DNA of 17,248 bases, taken from positions 1-17,248 of the forward strand of contig JBDHJS010000073.1 of assembly GCA_039586795.1 (NCBI GenBank), read 5' to 3'. The DNA comes from Gemmatimonadota bacterium (GTDB taxonomy: Bacteria > Gemmatimonadota > Gemmatimonadetes > Palauibacterales > KS3-K002). The position numbers and the translations under genes were made by a program. This document shows, in pieces, positions 16,857 through 17,248 of this stretch (the stretch's first letter is position 1; each line of letters opens with the position of its first letter). A model generated the notes under the pieces. That model had not been told where the DNA came from. It was given only the letters and a program-made list of their open reading frames with translations, and did not search any database.

Positions 16857-17130
16857 CGATCGACGCTCGACGTTCGATCTCCATCGGACGGGGAGCGGGT
16901 CTATTTCGACAGCCGACAGCCGACAGCCGCGTACCGAGGACCGAGGACAATTCGCCGATCGACGTTCGACTTCCTACGCTCTTCGGTCGATGTTCGCTAA
17001 CGTCGGATGCGGGCGTCGGGGCGTCGGAAGTCGGTCACCGAATAGGATTCGGTCGTCGAGCGGTGGCTGTCGGCTGTCGAGATAGACTCGGCCGTCGACC
17101 GACGCCCTGCCGAATGTCGAACGTCGAACG
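16857..17130. repeat. ~275-bp self-complementary intergenic element B, inverted copy of element A
   Basis: 16896-16933 matches 14855-14892 at 37/38. Reverse-complement matches: 17038-17055 to 14897-14914 (18/18), 16942-16963 to 15032-15053 (21/22), 17110-17130 to 14816-14836 (19/21). Confidence 0.85.
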
Positions 17131-17136
17131 TTGCTC

Positions 17137-17248
17137 CTAGGCCAGCACTCCAAGCGCCCAGCCGGCTGCAGCCGCTCCAACCACCACCCAAGCCGCGTTC
17201 ACACGGAAGCGTAGAGTCAACACGGCAGCCGCCGCAGCGATGACCCAG
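17137..17248 (-). CDS. chrA: 3' end of a membrane protein, probably a chromate efflux transporter (CHR family); partial, runs off the window
   Basis: Not in the ORF track. The minus strand reads WVIAAAAAVLTLRFRVNAAWVVVGAAAAGWALGVLA*, resembling the C-terminal LRFKVNxAWLVLG helix pair of long-chain CHR transporters. Only 36 residues are visible. Confidence 0.6.
   Translation of the reverse strand, partial: WVIAAAAAVLTLRFRVNAAWVVVGAAAAGWALGVLA

Noticed and set aside
15145..17000. Long overlapping ORFs 15145..16617 (-, 490 aa) and 15606..17000 (+, 464 aa)
   Set aside because: Shadow frames of the GC-rich SSS gene, with low-information Arg/His/Gly-rich translations and no recognisable motifs.
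14816..17130. Elements A and B considered as CRISPR repeats, integron attC sites or an autonomous IS
   Set aside because: No repeat-spacer periodicity, no RYYYAAC/GTTRRRY core ends seen, the copies are inverted rather than direct, and no integrase or transposase is present.

Overview
GC-rich bacterial window; the TM/TolB-N/TPR protein style suggests Gemmatimonadota or a similar lineage (inference only). The backbone is a CoA-dependent aromatic-acid catabolic cluster on the + strand: a TetR repressor preceded by a perfect PaaR-type operator, a single-domain BoxC-like crotonase, an aldehyde dehydrogenase, a PaaJ/PcaF-type thiolase, a PaaG-type isomerase that appears to start at a CTG codon, a 3-hydroxyacyl-CoA dehydrogenase, a PaaF-type hydratase, and a DUF3311 + sodium:solute symporter pair. 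No CoA ligase or ring epoxidase lies in the window. An ~8 kb block interrupts the cluster. It holds an AT-rich array of six helically phased ATCAT repeats, three tandem paralogous 3-TM/TolB-N-like/TPR proteins with no cytoplasmic output domain (the first broken by an ~46-bp frameshifting deletion), and a convergent secreted hypothetical protein. Intergenic DNA carries heptamer-built structures: a 33-bp G-U-containing hairpin and two ~280-bp self-complementary elements that flank the transporter pair in inverted orientation. The window ends in the 3' end of a probable chromate transporter gene on the - strand.
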